Below are positions 56,421 to 64,000 of a stretch of DNA of 64,000 bases, in pieces. Where the stretch lies: positions 14,053 to 78,052 of the forward strand of contig JAJYMC010000049.1 of the NCBI GenBank assembly GCA_021787335.1, read 5' to 3'. The first letter of the stretch is position 1. Each line of letters starts with the position of its first letter. The notes beneath the pieces are model-generated. The model was not told the origin of the DNA. It saw nothing but the letters and a program-made list of their open reading frames with translations, and did not search any database. This DNA comes from Bacillota bacterium. GTDB taxonomy: Bacteria > Bacillota > Sulfobacillia > JAJYWN01 > JAJZPE01. Made by a program: the position numbers and the translations under genes.

Positions 56421-57689
56421 ATGCCGGGAAAGAGCCGGGCGGTCGAAGCTGAAGTCAAGCGCCAGATGGAGATCATCCGCCGGGGCGCGGCCGAGATCAT
56501 CACCGAGACCGACCTGCGGGCCAAGCTGGGCAAGGCCCTTGAAGAGGGTAGGCCCCTGCGGATCAAGTTCGGCGCGGACCCGACGGCCCCCCACGTCCAC
56601 CTGGGGCACACCGTCGTCATCCGCAAGATGCGCCAGTTCCAGGACCTCGGGCATGAGGTCTGGTTCGTCATCGGCGACTTCACCGGCCGCATCGGCGACC
56701 CCAGCGGCCGCTCGGAGACGCGCCGCCAGATGACCTCCGAGGAGGTCCGGGAGAACGCCAAGACCTACGAGACCCAGATCTTCAGGCTCCTCGACCCGGC
56801 GAAGACCCGCATCGTCTTCAACAGCGAGTGGTCCGAGAAGCTCAGCTTCGCCGACGTCATCCGCCTGGCCTCGAAGTACACCGTGGCCCGGATGCTCGAG
56901 CGGGACGACTTCGCCAAGCGCCTCCACGAGGGGCTGCCGATCGGCGTCCACGAACTGCTCTACCCCTTGGCCCAAGCCCACGACTCGGTGGCGATGAAGG
57001 CCGACGTGGAGCTCGGCGGGACCGACCAGACCTTCAACTTCGTCCTCACCCGCGACATCATGCGGGAGTATGGCCTCGAACCGCAGGCCGTCTTGACCAT
57101 GCCCATCCTCGAGGGGCTCGACGGTGTGCAGAAGATGTCCAAGAGCCTGAAGAACTACATCGGCGTCGCCGAGCCGCCCAAGGAGATGTACGGCAAGACG
57201 ATGTCCATCCCGGACGCGCTCATCGCCAAGTACTTCGAACTCCTGACGGACGTGCCCGTCGCCGATGTCAAGGTGGTCGCCGCCGACATGGCCGCCGGGC
57301 GGCTCAACCCGCGCGACGCCAAGATGCGGCTCGGCCGGGAGCTGGTCGCCCGGTACCACGGCGCGGATGCCGCCGCGGCCGCCGAGGAGGAGTTCGTTCG
57401 CGTCTTCCGCCAGAAGGAACTGCCGGAAGACCTGGCCGAGCTGACCGTGAAGACCGGCGACCTGTCCGGCGGCCGCCTGACCTTTGACGACCTGGCCCGC
57501 ATCCTCAAGGACGGCGGGTTGGTGGCCAGCGCCGGGGAGTTCCGGCGGTTGGTCGAGGGCGGCGGGATCAGGGTCGGGGAGGACAAGGTGACCGGCCGCG
57601 ACTTCGCCCTCGACGCCAGCACCCTGCCCGCCGATGGTGTCGTCGTCCGGGTCGGTAAGCGGCGCTTCGCCAAGCTGCGCGTGGTCTGA
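56421..57689 (+). CDS. tyrS: Tyrosine--tRNA ligase
   Basis: GADPT, HLGH, GGTDQ, KMSKS, C-terminal S4-like VGKR. Confidence 0.98.
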   Translation: MPGKSRAVEAEVKRQMEIIRRGAAEIITETDLRAKLGKALEEGRPLRIKFGADPTAPHVHLGHTVVIRKMRQFQDLGHEVWFVIGDFTGRIGDPSGRSETRRQMTSEEVRENAKTYETQIFRLLDPAKTRIVFNSEWSEKLSFADVIRLASKYTVARMLERDDFAKRLHEGLPIGVHELLYPLAQAHDSVAMKADVELGGTDQTFNFVLTRDIMREYGLEPQAVLTMPILEGLDGVQKMSKSLKNYIGVAEPPKEMYGKTMSIPDALIAKYFELLTDVPVADVKVVAADMAAGRLNPRDAKMRLGRELVARYHGADAAAAAEEEFVRVFRQKELPEDLAELTVKTGDLSGGRLTFDDLARILKDGGLVASAGEFRRLVEGGGIRVGEDKVTGRDFALDASTLPADGVVVRVGKRRFAKLRVV

Positions 57690-57725
57690 GCGGTCTGAGC
57701 GGTCTGAGCGGTCTGAGCGGTCTGA
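57683..57725 (+). repeat. 9-bp tandem repeat GGTCTGAGC x4.8 spanning the tyrS stop codon
   Basis: Exact copies at 57683, 57692, 57701, 57710 plus partial. Confidence 0.95.
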
Positions 57726-57828
57726 ACCGAAGGGCGGGCCGGAAGGCCCACGCCGAACCCTCGCACCGGAAGGCGCTCCTCGCATATGATGGAGGGCGTC
57801 CCAATCCGGTGCCGGGGGGGCTTCACAG

Positions 57829-58491
57829 ATGCGCCTGAGGAAGAGACGGGCCCGTCGCAAGGCGGGCTTTGCCCTTGTGGGCGTCCTGGTCGTCCTCGTC
57901 CTCACCGTCGCCTTCACCTTCGTCGAGCGGGCCATCGGCCCGATCATCTACGCCCTTGTCGAGGTGGAGGCGCAACAGATCGCCGTCGAGCAGATTAACC
58001 GGGTGGTGGCCGACCTGGCCGGCGACCTGCAATACCTGGACCTCTACCGCATCGAACGTGACAGTCAGGACCGCATCGTCCTGATGCAGCCGAACACGGC
58101 CCTCATCAACCGCCTGTCGGCCGAGGCCAACATCAAGATCGTCCAGGCCATGAAGCAGGTGGATGGCCACACCGTCTACATCCCCGTTGGCGCCCTCAGT
58201 GGCTCGCGACTCCTGGCCAACTGGGGTCCACGCATCCCGGTCCACATCTGGCTGACCGGCCGGGTCCAGGCCGACATCGGCGACAAGTTCGAGTCGGCCG
58301 GCGTCAACCAGACCCGCCACGTGCTCTATCTGGACACGAAAGCGGCGATGCGGATGGCCATCCCGCTGTGGACGTCGGACATCACCGTCAGCGCCTACAA
58401 CCCGTTGGCCGAGGCGATCATCGCCGGACAGGTCCCGCAGTCGTACTTGAACCTGGTCATGCCCGGGGCGAGCCCGCAGAAGGGCCCCTGA
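57829..58491 (+). CDS. yunB: Sporulation protein YunB
   Basis: IP.G...G..LLAN.GP.IPV, FESAG.NQTRH, I.G.VP..Y; CATATGAT sporulation-sigma-like -10 at 57783. Confidence 0.92.
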   Translation: MRLRKRRARRKAGFALVGVLVVLVLTVAFTFVERAIGPIIYALVEVEAQQIAVEQINRVVADLAGDLQYLDLYRIERDSQDRIVLMQPNTALINRLSAEANIKIVQAMKQVDGHTVYIPVGALSGSRLLANWGPRIPVHIWLTGRVQADIGDKFESAGVNQTRHVLYLDTKAAMRMAIPLWTSDITVSAYNPLAEAIIAGQVPQSYLNLVMPGASPQKGP

Positions 58492-58590
58492 CCTCAGCAA
58501 GAACCGGCCGGAATTTCGCCGGAATCTCCTTGACTCCCAAGGTAAGCCGTGCTAGTATTGGGCCAATAACCGAATAGCTGACGGATAGAT

Positions 58591-58730
<140 letters not shown>

Positions 58731-58763
58731 GGGCAATAGCGCCGCGTTTTTCGTCGTGGGCTC

Positions 58764-58797
58764 AGACCTCTTCCATCGTGAAGAGGTCTTTTCATTT
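58764..58797 (+). terminator. Riboswitch expression-platform terminator
   Basis: AGACCTCTTC-CATCGT-GAAGAGGTCT then T-tract. Confidence 0.88.
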
Positions 58798-58827
58798 ATC
58801 TATCCATGGTGACGAGGGGGAATCCGC

Positions 58828-60072
58828 GTGTCCTATGTCAGGGGGCTCCGCTGCCGGGAGTGCGGGGCGACCTACCCGGTGAGCCCGGTCAGCATCTGTC
58901 CGGAGTGCTTCGGGCCGCTCGAGGTAGACTACAACTACGACGCCATGCGCCAGGCGATCAGCCGTTTCTCCATCGAGTCGGGGCCGGCGACGATGTGGCG
59001 CTACCGGTCGTTCCTGCCCATCGACGGGGACCGGGTGATCGACCTCGGCACCGGCTTCACGCCGCTGATCAAGGCCGACCGGTTGGGCAAGGAGCTTGGC
59101 CTGAAGCGGCTTTATGTCAAGAACGACGCGGTCAACCCGACCTACTCCTTCAAGGACCGAGTCGTCAGCGTGGCCGTCTCGAAGGCCCTCGAGTTCGGCT
59201 TCGACACGGTGGCCTGCGCCTCCACGGGCAACCTGGCCAACTCGGTGGCCGCCCACGCCGCCCGGGCCGGGCTGAAGTGCTACATCTTCATCCCAAGCGA
59301 CCTGGAGCTGGGCAAGGTCCTGGGGACGATGATCTACGAGCCCAACGTCATCACCGTCCGCGGCTCGTACGATGAGGTCAACCGGTTGTCCAGCGAGGTC
59401 GCCGACCGCTACGGATGGGCCTTCGTCAACATCAACCTGAGGACGTTCTACTCCGAGGGCTCGAAGACGCTCGCCTACGAGACCGCCGAGCAGCTCGGCT
59501 GGACCCTGCCGGGCCAGTACGTCTCGCCCATCGCCGGGGGCTCGGTGCTGACCAAGATCGCCAAAGGCTTCGGCGAACTGCTCCGCCTGGGACTCGTCCA
59601 GGGACGCGAGCCGAAGGTCTTCGGGGCGCAGGCCACCGGCTGCGCGCCGGTCGCCCGGGCCTTCAAATCCGGCGCCGACGTCATCACCCCGGTCAAGCCG
59701 AACACCATCGCCAAGTCGCTGGCCATCGGCAGCCCGGCCGACGGCGAGTACGCCATCGCCACGGTCAAGCGGGCCGGCGGTTACATCGACGACGTCAGCG
59801 ATGAGGAGATCGTCCAGGGCATGCGGCTCCTGGCGCGGACCGAGGGCGTCTTCACCGAGACGGCCGGCGGCGTGACCGTGGCCACCTTGGCCAAGCTGGC
59901 CCGGGAAGGGCGGCTGGACCCGGAGGAGGTCACCGTCGTCTACATCACCGGGAACGGCCTGAAGACGATGGAGGCCGTCGAAGGTTCGCTCGGGCAGGCG
60001 CCCGGGGCCATCGCCCCGAAGTTCGAGGAGTTCGAGGGGAGAATCCGCGCCCTGGCCGTCGCGCCGGCCTGA
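58828..60072 (+). CDS. Threonine synthase-like PLP enzyme (probably sulfur-carrier-dependent homocysteine synthase)
   Basis: N-terminal C..C/C..C, NPTYSFKDR, ASTGN, EGSKT, ITGNGLK; under SAM riboswitch. Confidence 0.85.
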   Translation: MSYVRGLRCRECGATYPVSPVSICPECFGPLEVDYNYDAMRQAISRFSIESGPATMWRYRSFLPIDGDRVIDLGTGFTPLIKADRLGKELGLKRLYVKNDAVNPTYSFKDRVVSVAVSKALEFGFDTVACASTGNLANSVAAHAARAGLKCYIFIPSDLELGKVLGTMIYEPNVITVRGSYDEVNRLSSEVADRYGWAFVNINLRTFYSEGSKTLAYETAEQLGWTLPGQYVSPIAGGSVLTKIAKGFGELLRLGLVQGREPKVFGAQATGCAPVARAFKSGADVITPVKPNTIAKSLAIGSPADGEYAIATVKRAGGYIDDVSDEEIVQGMRLLARTEGVFTETAGGVTVATLAKLAREGRLDPEEVTVVYITGNGLKTMEAVEGSLGQAPGAIAPKFEEFEGRIRALAVAPA

Positions 60073-60114
60073 GTCCGGCGGCCAGCGGGTGCTTCAACCA
60101 TGGGAGGGTTCCAC

Positions 60115-60435
60115 ATGAGCTGTAAAGTGCGCATCCCGGCGCCGCTCCGCCGGTACACCGGCGACGCCGCCGAGCTTCATCTCGACGCGGCCACCGTCGG
60201 CGACCTGGTCAAGACGATCGAGGCCGGTCACCCCGGCTTCGCGGCCAAGGTCCTCGACGACAAGGGCCAGCTACGGCGGTTCATCAACATCTACGTCAAC
60301 CAGGAGGACATCCGGTTCGCCGGGGGGCTGGGCACGCCGCTCAAGGACGGCGACGAGGTCTCCATCATCCCGGCCATCGCCGGCGGCGACACATCGCCGG
60401 CGGCGCCGGTTGACAGCCCAGCCTGGGGCCGATAG
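60115..60435 (+). CDS. MoaD/ThiS/CysO family sulfur carrier with 15-aa extension after GG
   Basis: IP..LR.YT, FINIYVN.EDIRF, IIPAIAGG-DTSPAAPVDSPAWGR. Confidence 0.9.
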   Translation: MSCKVRIPAPLRRYTGDAAELHLDAATVGDLVKTIEAGHPGFAAKVLDDKGQLRRFINIYVNQEDIRFAGGLGTPLKDGDEVSIIPAIAGGDTSPAAPVDSPAWGR

Positions 60436-60498
60436 TATCTAGGCGGATACGAAACAGGGCCCCGTCCGGCGCGGCCGGCGGGGAAGGGAGAGAGGCAG

Positions 60499-61350
60499 AT
60501 GGCAGAGCGAAAGGCCGTGAACGGATTCGGCGGCCTGACCCCGGACCAGATTCGCCGGTACTCTCGGCATATGCTGATTCCAGAGATAGGCCCCTCCGGC
60601 CAGAAGAGGATCTCGCAAGGCAGCGCCCTCGTGGTCGGGACGGGCGGGCTCGGCGCCCCGGCCGCCTACTATCTGGCGGCGGCGGGGGTCGGCCGGCTCG
60701 GCCTCATCGACGGCGACCGGGTCGACGTGTCGAACCTCGGGCGCCAGATCCTCCACTTCACCCCCGACGTCGGCCGGCCCAAGGTCGAGTCGGCCGCGGA
60801 GAAGCTGCGCCAGCTGAACCCGGAGATCGAAGTGGTCACCCACGAGGGCCGGCTGGACTCGTCCAACGCCCTGGACCTCTTCCGGCGCTACGATGTCATC
60901 GTCGACGGCACGGACAACTTCGCCACCCGCTACCTCATCAACGACGCCTGCGTCCTGACCGGCCGCCCGTTCGTCCACGGCAGCGTCCTCCGCTTCGACG
61001 GCCAGGCCAGCACCTTCATCCCCGGGTCGGGCCCGTGTTACCGGTGCCTTTACCCGGACCCGCCGGCCCCGGGGACCGTCCCCAGCTGCCAGGAGGCCGG
61101 AGTGCTCGGCCCGGTGCCCGGGATCATCGGGACCATCCAGGCCCTCGAGGTCCTCAAGCTGCTGAGCGGGGCGGGGAAGACCCTGTCCGGCCGCCTGCTC
61201 CTCTTCGACGGGCTGACCCTCCGCTTCGAGGAGGTCAGGCTGAGGCCCGATCCCGGCTGCGCCGCCTGCGGTAAGAACCCCACCATCAAGGAACTGATCG
61301 ACTATGAACGATTCTGCGGGCTTACTCCTGACCGCGGCCCAGATGCGTGA
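60499..61350 (+). CDS. MoeB/ThiF family adenylyltransferase (no rhodanese domain)
   Basis: RYSRH, G.GGLG, SNL.RQ, DGTDNF, CYRC and CAAC. Confidence 0.93.
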   Translation: MAERKAVNGFGGLTPDQIRRYSRHMLIPEIGPSGQKRISQGSALVVGTGGLGAPAAYYLAAAGVGRLGLIDGDRVDVSNLGRQILHFTPDVGRPKVESAAEKLRQLNPEIEVVTHEGRLDSSNALDLFRRYDVIVDGTDNFATRYLINDACVLTGRPFVHGSVLRFDGQASTFIPGSGPCYRCLYPDPPAPGTVPSCQEAGVLGPVPGIIGTIQALEVLKLLSGAGKTLSGRLLLFDGLTLRFEEVRLRPDPGCAACGKNPTIKELIDYERFCGLTPDRGPDA

Positions 61351-61741
61351 GATCATCGCCCACTGCCGGTCCGAAAGACCGAACGAGGCCTGCGGCCTCC
61401 TGGCCGGACGGGGCGGCCGGGTGCTGCGTGTCTACCCGGCGCGGAACGCCGAGCGCAGCCCGCAGAGTTTCCTCATCCACCCCGATGACCAGCTCAGGGC
61501 GATGTCCGAGATGGAGCGGGACGGCCTGGAGTTCACGGCCGTCTACCATTCCCACCCGACCAGCGACGCGGTCCCCTCGCACCGCGACATCCAACTGGCC
61601 ACCTACCCTGAGGCGCTCAACCTCATCGTCTCATTGAAACGTGAGCCCGTCGTCTGCCGCGCCTATCGGATCGTCGGCGGCCATCAGAGCGAGGTCCCGT
61701 TGGCCATCGAGAAGGAGGCCCCCGATGTCCGGTCGAAATGA
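61304..61741 (+). CDS. JAMM/Mov34 (M67) metallopeptidase, Mec/HcyD-like
   Basis: PNEACG, YHSHP....PS..D. Confidence 0.92.
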   Translation: MNDSAGLLLTAAQMREIIAHCRSERPNEACGLLAGRGGRVLRVYPARNAERSPQSFLIHPDDQLRAMSEMERDGLEFTAVYHSHPTSDAVPSHRDIQLATYPEALNLIVSLKREPVVCRAYRIVGGHQSEVPLAIEKEAPDVRSK

Positions 61742-63020
61742 AGCCATTGCCCGCCTCAAGGACGGCGGGTTCATAAAGCAGCGGCAGGAAGAGTACTTCG
61801 CCGTCCGGGTCCGCGTGGTCGCCGGCAATCTGGAGGCCGAACAGCTTCCCAAGGTCGCCGAGATCGCCAAGCGCTACGGGCGCGGCTACGTCAGCCTGAC
61901 CGTGCGGCAGGGCATCGAGATCCCCTGGGTCCGGCGCGAGGACCTGGAGGCCTGCAAGGCCGAACTGGTCGCGGCCGACCTGGCGGTGGCCGGCTGCGGG
62001 CCGCGCGTGCGGGCCATCGTCGGCTGCAAGGGCAGCGTCTGCCCGTACGGCCTGGTCGACACGCAGGAGCTGGTGAAGGACTGGGACACCCGTTTCTTCT
62101 CCATCTCCGGCTTCCCACACAAGTTCAAGATCGGCCTGGCGGGCTGTCCGAACTGTTGCAGCAAGCCCCAGTTCAACGACGTCGGCTTGATGGCCCGGGT
62201 CGAGCCCGGGTTGGACGCCGAACGGTGCAACGGCTGCGGGCTGTGCGTCAAGGCCTGCGGCGAAGCGGCCATCGACATGGAGGACAAGCTCCCGGTCCGT
62301 GACGCGAGGCGGTGCCTCGGTTGCGGCGACTGCGTGCGGGTCTGCCCGCGCGACGCCTGGCTCCCGGCGCGGACCGGTCTATCGCTCTTCGTCGGCGGGA
62401 AGTTCGGCCGGCACCCGCGCTACGGGCGGCGCCTGGCCGAGTTCATCCCAGCCGAGCGGGCCTTCGAGGCCATCGAGGCGGTCATGGAATACTACCGCCA
62501 GGATGGCCGCCGCGGCGAGCGGCTCTGGGATACGACCGAGAGGGCGGGGCTGGCGGGCCTGAACGAACGCCTGGCCGCCGTGGGCGGTGAGCCGAGCTTG
62601 CCGGACGCGGGTCCCATGGCGACGGTGGCGGACATTGGCAAGGCCGGTCGGGAGGTGGCGACGACGTCGGTCGGTTGTGGTCAGCGGCAGGACAAGCCCA
62701 GCGACACGGAGAACCCCAGCGCGGAGAACCCCAGCGCGGAGAAGCCCGGCGGGAAGAATCCCGTCCCCGCGGATGACACCGCCGGGGTCCCTGTCCTCGA
62801 CCTCCGGGGCGAGCTCTGCCCGTACACCTTCATCCGGACGATGATCGCCCTCGAGGATGTGCCTTCGGGCAGCCGCCTCTTCGTGCTCCTCGACGACGGC
62901 CAGCCCATCCGCGACGTGCCGCGCAGCCTGAAGGGGGCCGGACACGAGGTCCAGCGGATCACGCCCGAGGGACCGACCTTCCGCCTGCTCGTCAAGAAGG
63001 ACGGGGCGCCCCTCAAGTAG
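61725..63020 (+). CDS. Sulfite/nitrite reductase-like (AsrC-type) siroheme/[4Fe-4S] protein fused to C-terminal TusA/SirA domain
   Basis: T.RQG.E, CKGSVC, KFKI...GCPNCC, two CxxCxxCxxxC, LDLRGELCPY; AAGGAGG RBS. Confidence 0.85.
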   Translation: MSGRNEAIARLKDGGFIKQRQEEYFAVRVRVVAGNLEAEQLPKVAEIAKRYGRGYVSLTVRQGIEIPWVRREDLEACKAELVAADLAVAGCGPRVRAIVGCKGSVCPYGLVDTQELVKDWDTRFFSISGFPHKFKIGLAGCPNCCSKPQFNDVGLMARVEPGLDAERCNGCGLCVKACGEAAIDMEDKLPVRDARRCLGCGDCVRVCPRDAWLPARTGLSLFVGGKFGRHPRYGRRLAEFIPAERAFEAIEAVMEYYRQDGRRGERLWDTTERAGLAGLNERLAAVGGEPSLPDAGPMATVADIGKAGREVATTSVGCGQRQDKPSDTENPSAENPSAEKPGGKNPVPADDTAGVPVLDLRGELCPYTFIRTMIALEDVPSGSRLFVLLDDGQPIRDVPRSLKGAGHEVQRITPEGPTFRLLVKKDGAPLK

Positions 63021-63071
63021 GCGAGGCCGCCGAAGCTCTCCGAAGCCAGCGAATGCCAAGGAGGAACCATC

Positions 63072-63920
63072 TTGAACCGGACTGAAGGCCTTCTGAACCG
63101 GACCGAAGGCGCCGCCAGCGCCGAACAGAGAGCCAAGGAGGCCCGCCTGCATCAGGTCCTGGCCGGACTCGGCGGGGCGGTGGTGGCCTTCTCGGGAGGG
63201 GTCGACAGCACCCTGCTCCTGTCCGAGGCCGTCGAGGTCCTCGGCGACCGGGTCCTGGCGGTGACCGCGTCGTCGGAGACCTACTTCCCCGAGGAGATCG
63301 AGGAAGCCAGGAAGCTGGCCGCGCTGATCGGCGCCAGGTTCGAGGTCATCGAGACGTCTGAACTTGAGAACGAGTCCTTCGCCGCCAACCCGTCGAACCG
63401 TTGCTACTACTGCAAGGGCGAGCTCTTCGGGAAGCTCTCCGAGATCGCCGGGCGGGCGGGGCTGGGGATGGTCCTCGACGGGACCAACGCCGACGACGTC
63501 TCCGACCACCGCCCCGGCCGCCAGGCCGCCCGGGAGATCGGCGTCAGGAGCCCGCTCCTGGAGGCCGGCCTGTCCAAGGACGACATCCGGGCCCTGTCGC
63601 GGGCCCGCGGCCTACCCAACTGGGACAAGCCCGCCCTGGCCTGCCTGGCGTCCCGTTTCCCGTACGGCACCCGGATCACCCGGCCCGAACTGGAGCGGGT
63701 GGGCGCCGCCGAACGGCATCTCCGCAGCCTTGGGTTCAACCAGCTCCGCGTGCGGAACCACGGAGAGATCGCCCGCATCGAGGTCCCCGCGCGTGACCTC
63801 GGCCGGCTCCTCGAGGTCCGGGAGCAGGTCGTCGCCAGGCTCAAGGAACTGGGTTTCCTCTACGTCACCATGGACCTTCAGGGTTACCGATCGGGGAGCA
63901 TGAACGAGGCTCTCCGCTAG
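63072..63920 (+). CDS. larE: ATP-dependent sulfur transferase LarE family
   Basis: AFSGGVDS, RCYYCK, DGTN.DD, RPG..A, ACLASR.PYG, GYRSGSMN. Confidence 0.9.
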   Translation: MNRTEGLLNRTEGAASAEQRAKEARLHQVLAGLGGAVVAFSGGVDSTLLLSEAVEVLGDRVLAVTASSETYFPEEIEEARKLAALIGARFEVIETSELENESFAANPSNRCYYCKGELFGKLSEIAGRAGLGMVLDGTNADDVSDHRPGRQAAREIGVRSPLLEAGLSKDDIRALSRARGLPNWDKPALACLASRFPYGTRITRPELERVGAAERHLRSLGFNQLRVRNHGEIARIEVPARDLGRLLEVREQVVARLKELGFLYVTMDLQGYRSGSMNEALR

Positions 63921-64000
63921 GATTGGGGGAACTGTCGTGACCGCACCATCGCCCGTTTCAACCGGTCCGGCCGGCGCCGCCGGCCCCGCTGAGCGCGTCG

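Noticed and set aside
57687..57725. Repeated in-frame TGA after tyrS as read-through or recoding
   Set aside because: TyrS is complete at the first TGA; extra stops come from the 9-bp duplication.
58828..61350. Annotation as ordinary thrC and molybdopterin moaD/moeB genes
   Set aside because: SAM riboswitch, JAMM peptidase and sulfite-reductase context, with no moaA/moaC/moaE nearby, point to sulfur amino acid synthesis.

Overview
Chromosomal window from a high-GC, endospore-forming Bacillota (three T-box leaders, L20 leader, SAM-I riboswitch, ytxC/yunB/splB/yqzL). The core backbone runs liv ABC transporter, asparaginase, ABC-2 exporter, ytxC, thrS, infC-rpmI-rplT-trmH-yqzL, pheST, ABC-F, zapA-polX-mutS2, splB, PBP1A, tyrS, yunB, then a SAM-riboswitch-controlled sulfur operon (ThrC-like, sulfur carrier, MoeB, JAMM, sulfite-reductase-TusA fusion, LarE). 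Two accessory segments interrupt it. The first (about 18.0-35.6 kb, between yqzL and the pheS T-box) is a scrambled arsenic/metal/sulfur-redox island: arsD, arsA, arsR, acr3, a P1B ATPase, IS110 and IS1634 remnants and frameshifted genes. The second (about 41.9-45.2 kb) is a lower-GC SF1 helicase-PLD nuclease-Zn ribbon gene resembling anti-phage proteins. Top observation: a gene missed by the ORF track (25192-25539) reads through an in-frame TGA in a Cys-Gly-UGA motif followed by a SECIS-like hairpin. This is a candidate selenocysteine-containing ArsD-like protein in a tandem triplet of ArsD-fold genes. All assignments come from motif recognition by eye; no searches were run.
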